Shown piece after piece: positions 28,664-32,859 of a stretch of DNA of 32,859 nt. The notes beneath the pieces were generated by a model that did not search any database, was not told where the DNA came from, and saw nothing but the letters and a program-made list of their open reading frames with translations. Origin of the DNA: Polyangiaceae bacterium (GTDB lineage: Bacteria; Myxococcota_A; Polyangia; Polyangiales; Polyangiaceae); contig JAPSGB010000049.1 in the NCBI GenBank assembly GCA_035063585.1, forward strand, positions 1 through 32,859, written 5' to 3'. Both the position numbers and the translations under genes were made by a program. Position 1 is the first letter of the stretch. Every line of letters begins with the position of its first letter.

Positions 28664-29347
28664 TCAGCGCGGCGCGCTCGCCGCGAGCACCTCGGCGGCG
28701 CGTGCCACCGTGCGATGGAGCCCGCGCGCGTAGAGCAGCCGCCGCTCCGGCTCGGGCAGGTCGCCCGGTCGCCCGGCGGTCGCGGCGTGGATGAGCACCG
28801 CGCCGGCCACGCTCACGTTCAGGCTCTCGACGAAGCCGCGCATCGGGATCCGCACGCTCTCGTCGGCGGCGCGAGTGAGCGCCGCGCCGATCCCGTCGTG
28901 CTCGTTACCGAGCACCAGCGCGAGCCGCGGGACGCGCGCGAGGTCGCCGGGCACGAGCTTGCCCCGAGGGTGCGTCGCGACCAGCGTGAACGCTCGCGCC
29001 CTCAAGGCTCGAAGCGCATCCTCCGCGGTGCGGTGGAGGGTGACGTCGAGCCAGCGCTCGGTGCCCTTGGCGACCCCGCTCGACACCGGGAATGCGTCCT
29101 CCTTCGGGATCACGTGGACGTCCTGCACGCCGAACGCGTCGCACGAGCGGAGCACCGCCGCGCCGTTGTGCGGATCGCGCGGCGCGTCCATGAGCACGGT
29201 GACGCTCTCGACGCGCTCGGCGATGACCGCGCGCAGGCGCTCGCGGCGCGGCTCGACGACCATCGGCTCGAGCAGCTCGATGACGCCCTCGACCGTCCAC
29301 GGCGGGCCCCAGGGCACTGCGCGCACGACGCTGGACGCTTCCACCAT
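28664..29347 (-). CDS. TrmH/SpoU-family (SPOUT) RNA methyltransferase
   Basis: DPHNGAAVLRSCDAFG, LVLGNEHDG, IPMRGFVESLNVSVA. Confidence 0.95.
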   Translation of the reverse strand: MVEASSVVRAVPWGPPWTVEGVIELLEPMVVEPRRERLRAVIAERVESVTVLMDAPRDPHNGAAVLRSCDAFGVQDVHVIPKEDAFPVSSGVAKGTERWLDVTLHRTAEDALRALRARAFTLVATHPRGKLVPGDLARVPRLALVLGNEHDGIGAALTRAADESVRIPMRGFVESLNVSVAGAVLIHAATAGRPGDLPEPERRLLYARGLHRTVARAAEVLAASAPR

Positions 29348-29362
29348 GCTCGACCGAGCGGC

Positions 29363-30391
29363 TCAGCCCGACAAGCGTGCCAAGGGTTGCCCGAGCGCCT
29401 CGGCGACCTTCCGGAGCTCGGACATCATGCCGCCGAACATGTCGAAGGTGAGCGCCTGAGGCCCGTCGCTCAGCGCCTTCGCGGGATCGGGATGCACCTC
29501 GACCATCACGCCGTCCACACCGGTCGCGACCGCCGCGCGCGCGAGCGGCGTCACCGCCGCCGCGACGCCGGTGCCGTGGGACGGATCGACGACGACCGGC
29601 AGGTGCGTGATGGCTCTGAGCAGCGGCACCACGCCGAGGTCGAGCGTGTTCCTGGTCATCGTCTCGAAGGTGCGGATGCCGCGCTCGCAGAGCATCACCT
29701 GGTAGTTGCCGCGCGACACGATGTACTCGGCGGCCATCAGCCACTCTTTCACGGTGCTCGAGAGCCCGCGCTTCAGCATCACCGGCTTGCCGAGGTTCCC
29801 AACCGCCTCGAGGAGCGAGAAATTCTGCATGTTCCGCGCGCCGATCTGGAGGACGTCCGCGTACTTTGCCACCAGCGGGAGCGTCTCGGTGTCCTTCACC
29901 TCGGTGATGATCGGCATCCCGGTCGCTTCGCGCGCGGCGGCGAGGATCTGCAGCCCCTCCTCGCGCAGCCCCTGGAATTCGTAAGGGCTCGTGCGCGGCT
30001 TGAACGCGCCGCCGCGCAGCAGCGTCGCGCCCTGCTCGCGCACGAGCCGCGCGGTCTCGAGCACCTGCTCGCGCGTCTCGACCGAGCACGGGCCCGCCAT
30101 CACGGTGAGCGCGCCGCCGCCGACGCGGGTCGTCCCGAGCTCGATGATGGTGTCCTCGGGCTTGGCCTCGCGGCTCACCAGCTTGTACGGCTTGCTGATG
30201 GGCACCGCCTCGAGCACGCCCGGCATCCGATTGAAGAGCCCGGGATCGAGGCCGCCCCGGTTGCCGGTGATCCCGATCGCGAGCCGGGTCGAGCCCGGGA
30301 TCTCGTTGGGGATGAACCCGAGCTGACGGATCCGGTCGCAGACCATCGAGACGTCTCCGGGGGTCGCCGCGGCGCTCATCACGATCAACAT
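29363..30391 (-). CDS. aroF: 3-deoxy-7-phosphoheptulonate (DAHP) synthase, type I-beta with N-terminal regulatory domain
   Basis: [57 protein letters not shown]; ~65-aa N-terminal ferredoxin/ACT-like extension. Confidence 0.97.
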   Translation of the reverse strand: MLIVMSAAATPGDVSMVCDRIRQLGFIPNEIPGSTRLAIGITGNRGGLDPGLFNRMPGVLEAVPISKPYKLVSREAKPEDTIIELGTTRVGGGALTVMAGPCSVETREQVLETARLVREQGATLLRGGAFKPRTSPYEFQGLREEGLQILAAAREATGMPIITEVKDTETLPLVAKYADVLQIGARNMQNFSLLEAVGNLGKPVMLKRGLSSTVKEWLMAAEYIVSRGNYQVMLCERGIRTFETMTRNTLDLGVVPLLRAITHLPVVVDPSHGTGVAAAVTPLARAAVATGVDGVMVEVHPDPAKALSDGPQALTFDMFGGMMSELRKVAEALGQPLARLSG

Positions 30392-30550
30392 GGCGCGCGG
30401 GATCTATCACACCTCGAGCGCCGGGCCGGGCGCCCTCGCCTCACTCCGGCCCCGGGGGCCCCCCGGGGCCTCACCCCGACGCGCGCCCGGAGCCCGGCCG
30501 GCCCGGCGCGAAGCCCCGCGGCCTGGGCGCGCTATCCTGAGCCGCGAGTC

Positions 30551-31189
30551 ATGGACTTCTTCGGGCACGCTGCGGTCGCCTCCTGGCACGGCGCGGGCAC
30601 GGGCCTAGCGCTCGGGGCCATGCTGCCCGATTTCGCCGGCATGATCCTCGCGCGCCCACCGCCCGCGGCGCACTCGGGCATCACCGAGGGTATCCGGCTC
30701 CACCACCGCACCGACGCCGTCTTCCACGACGCGCCTGCGTTCCGCGAGCTCTCGACCCGCGCGCTCGAGTGGCTCGAGGACCGCGGGCTCAGGCGCGGGA
30801 GCGCTCGGGCGATCGCGCACGTCGGGGTCGAGATGCTGCTCGACGCCGCGGTCGCCGACGACGCGGGCGCGCGCGCCGCCTACCTCGGCGCGCTCGACGA
30901 GGCGCGCGAGGCCGCGCTCGGCGCGCTCATCGGCTGGCCCGGCGCGCTCGAGCGCGCGCGCTTCGCGGCGCTCCGCGCGACCCTGGCCGCGCGCGGCCTC
31001 GAGGCCGCCGCGAGCTCGCCCGAGCTGGTCGGCTTTCGCCTGGCGCGCGCGCTCGTCGGGCGCCCGCGGCTCGCGCTCGACGAGGCCGGCGAGCGGCTGG
31101 CGCGCGAGTGGGCGGTCCGCTTCGAGCCCGAGGTGCGCGCGCGCGGAGACGAGCTCGTCGGGTACGTTCGCGGCGCGCTCGGGCTGTGA
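30551..31189 (+). CDS. AcpH (ACP phosphodiesterase)-like / zinc-dependent phospholipase C-like protein
   Basis: MDFFGH...LGAMLPDF...GIRLHHRTDAVFH...AHVGVEMLLD metal-ligand pattern. Real start is ATG 30551 within track ORF 28715..31189. Confidence 0.75.
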   Translation: MDFFGHAAVASWHGAGTGLALGAMLPDFAGMILARPPPAAHSGITEGIRLHHRTDAVFHDAPAFRELSTRALEWLEDRGLRRGSARAIAHVGVEMLLDAAVADDAGARAAYLGALDEAREAALGALIGWPGALERARFAALRATLAARGLEAAASSPELVGFRLARALVGRPRLALDEAGERLAREWAVRFEPEVRARGDELVGYVRGALGL

Positions 31190-31215
31190 CGCGCCCTGCG
31201 CGGTTCCGCGCCGGG

Positions 31216-31275
31216 ACAACAAAACCAAGCAAATACGAACAGATACAAAACTGGTCGACCGGCGGGCGGTAATTT
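31216..31275 (+). promoter_or_regulatory. A-rich upstream element, palindromic operator candidate and -10-like box before the GntR gene
   Basis: ACAACAAAACCAAGCAAATACGAACAGATACAAAA (very unusual in this GC context), then CTGGTCGACCGG (perfect core GGTCGACC, 31253-31260) and TAATTT (31270-31275). Confidence 0.5.
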
Positions 31276-31333
31276 CACGGTCACATTGCCAGAACGCGAT
31301 GGCGCTGGTCGCCCAGATTCGCCATCAAGGGGC

Positions 31334-32125
31334 ATGGACGAGCCCGCGCTCGGCGCAAACATCGCTTCGACCATCTTTCGCGAGCTACGCAGCCACATCC
31401 TGCGCGGCGAGCTCCAGCCCGGCGAGCGGCTGCCGGGTGAGCGTGAGCTCGCGCACCGCTTCCACACCAACCGCAACACGCTCCGCGAGGCGGTGCGAAA
31501 GCTCGAGCAGGCGCGGCTGGTCACGGTGCGGCACGGGCAGGGGGTCACCATCGCGGATTTCCGCGAGACCGGCACCATGGAGCTCTTGCCGCCGTTTCTC
31601 GAGAGCACGACCGATCCGCTCGAGGTCGCGCGCATCCTCGAGGACATCCTGCCGGCGCGGCTCCTGGTCATCGAGTTCGCCGCGCGGCTCGCCTGCAAGC
31701 GCGCCGACAAGAGCGATCTCGAGCGCGTGCGAGACATCACCGATCTGGTGATCACCGCCTTTCACGGCGGGGACGCCACGGTGATCGCCCGCGGGTTCCA
31801 GCGCTGGATGGACGCCGTCATCGACGCGGGGCACTCGGTGGCGGTCCGCTGGATCGCCAACCCCTTCCTCGAGGCGTATCGCGATCTGATCGATCGCTTC
31901 CCGTCGCTCTGGGTGCTCGATCCGAGCTTTCCGCGGCATCTCCAGGAGTTCCTCTCTGCGCTCGCCGTGGGCGACGAGGAGCGCGCCATCGAGGCGCTCC
32001 GCCACTACTACCGGCGCATCGATGGCCAGTTCATGCGCGTCCTCGAGGAGACCATCGGGACGCGGCCGGCGCGGGAGGCGTCCTCGCCGCGCGCGGCCTC
32101 GGAGCCGCCGCCCCGCGCGGGCTGA
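31334..32125 (+). CDS. GntR-family transcriptional regulator, FadR subfamily
   Basis: wHTH ILRGELQPGERLPGERELAHRFHTNRNTLREAVRKLEQARLVTVRHGQG; all-helical FCD-like C-terminus; AAGGGG upstream of the ATG. Confidence 0.93.
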   Translation: MDEPALGANIASTIFRELRSHILRGELQPGERLPGERELAHRFHTNRNTLREAVRKLEQARLVTVRHGQGVTIADFRETGTMELLPPFLESTTDPLEVARILEDILPARLLVIEFAARLACKRADKSDLERVRDITDLVITAFHGGDATVIARGFQRWMDAVIDAGHSVAVRWIANPFLEAYRDLIDRFPSLWVLDPSFPRHLQEFLSALAVGDEERAIEALRHYYRRIDGQFMRVLEETIGTRPAREASSPRAASEPPPRAG

Positions 32126-32184
32126 GCCGCCCTGCACATGACAGGGCTCATGGCGCGCCGTGCTCGTGGTATGCTGGGCGCCTC

Positions 32185-32532
32185 ATGAACGCATCCCCGA
32201 GAGCGTCCGCGGGCGCCCCGAGCCGCGCGCTCGGCGCGGCGGCGCTGGCCGGTCTGGTCGGGCTCGCGGTCTCCGCCTGCGGCGCGAGCACCCCCGAGTC
32301 GAACACGCCGGGCGGCGAGATCACCTCGTCCGAGGTGGTGCCCGACCTGACGCTCGCGACGTTCACCGCACAGTGCGACGAGCGACACGGCAAGGTCGAG
32401 GTTCACCCCCACTGCGGCGGGGTCAACACCTGCAAGGGCTTCTCCTATGACACGAGCACTCAGACGCTCACCGAGCACACCTGCAAGGGGCTCAACACCT
32501 GTGGCGGATACAGCTGCGTCATCCCTGGTTGA
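32185..32532 (+). CDS. Small Cys-rich lipoprotein with two CxGxNxCxG motifs (BufA2/bufferin-precursor-like)
   Basis: Lipobox LAVSA-C; mature part has HPHCGGVNTCKG and EHTCKGLNTCGG plus two more Cys. Confidence 0.75.
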   Translation: MNASPRASAGAPSRALGAAALAGLVGLAVSACGASTPESNTPGGEITSSEVVPDLTLATFTAQCDERHGKVEVHPHCGGVNTCKGFSYDTSTQTLTEHTCKGLNTCGGYSCVIPG

Positions 32533-32859
32533 GCGCGACTCGCGCGCGCCCGCCGCGCGCTCGGCGGCGCTCGCGCCGAGCCGCGCGCTCTTCACCGCGG
32601 CGCTCGGCGGGCTCCTCGCGCTCGCCGCGCCCGCGTGTCAGTCGAGCGATTCGAGCGGCTCCGGAGCGCCCGCGGGCGGCGCCGGCGCCGACTCGGGCAG
32701 CGCGGGAGCCTCGGGCCACGCGGGCTCCGGCGCGGGCGGCGCGGCGGGCCACGCGGGCTCCGGCGCGGGCGGCGCGGCGGGCCACGCGGGCTCCGGCGCG
32801 GGCGGCGCGGCGGGCCACGCGGGCTCCGGCGCGGGCGGCACGGCGGGGCAGGCGGGCGC
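32501..32859 (+). CDS. Lipoprotein with Gly/His-repeat linker, 5' part only (runs off the window; not in the ORF track)
   Basis: Frame open from GTG 32501: MADTAASSLVERDSRAPAARSAALAPSRALFTAALGGLLALAAPA-CQSSDSSGSGAP..., then GHAGSGAGGAA repeats. No stop before the window end. Start uncertain. Confidence 0.7.
   Translation, partial: MADTAASSLVERDSRAPAARSAALAPSRALFTAALGGLLALAAPACQSSDSSGSGAPAGGAGADSGSAGASGHAGSGAGGAAGHAGSGAGGAAGHAGSGAGGAAGHAGSGAGGTAGQAG
32714..32845. repeat. 4 x 33-bp coding tandem repeat
   Basis: GGCCACGCGGGCTCCGGCGCGGGCGGC(G/A)CGGCG at 32714, 32747, 32780 and 32813, encoding GHAGSGAGG(A/T)A. Confidence 0.9.

Noticed and set aside
28715..30550. Long N-terminal extension making an 824-aa fusion with the AcpH-like protein
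   Set aside because: It is antisense to trmH-like and aroF. The family-typical MxFxxH start is at 30551, with its own -10-like box.
32714..32845. CRISPR array (also considered for 8364-8529 and 27280-27387)
   Set aside because: These are head-to-tail repeats without spacers, unit lengths are multiples of 3, they are in frame in coding linkers, and no cas genes are present.

Overview
A very GC-rich, gene-dense chromosomal window. Its content (MYXO-CTERM sorting tail, Glt-like TPR proteins, a three-gene bactofilin cluster, FGE-sulfatase-domain and Gly-linker lipoproteins) points to a myxobacterium, probably Polyangia/Sorangiineae-like (inference). Housekeeping genes: glmS, pyrE, a type I-beta DAHP synthase (aroF), yjgA/darP, RlmI-like and TrmH-like RNA methyltransferases, a K+ channel with tandem RCK modules, an AcpH-like protein and a GntR/FadR regulator. 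The rest is mostly envelope or exported proteins. I saw no rRNA, tRNA, CRISPR array, transposase or integrase. Best leads: (1) a translationally coupled VKOR-DsbA fusion / Cys-rich OmpA-like protein / TlpA operon, inside a ~5.5 kb thiol-redox neighbourhood that also holds a Cys-rich papain-like protease and a thioredoxin closely resembling eukaryotic ERp18/TXNDC12; (2) a small lipoprotein with two CxGxNxCxG motifs, like BufA2 bufferin precursors, overlapping a His/Gly-repeat lipoprotein at the right edge; (3) a stand-alone GltC/GltD/GltE-like operon with no motor or barrel genes; (4) recurring TAnnnT boxes 5-12 nt upstream of start codons, suggesting leaderless or very short-leader transcripts; (5) a REP-like double hairpin. 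All family calls come from reading motifs by eye; no database search was run.
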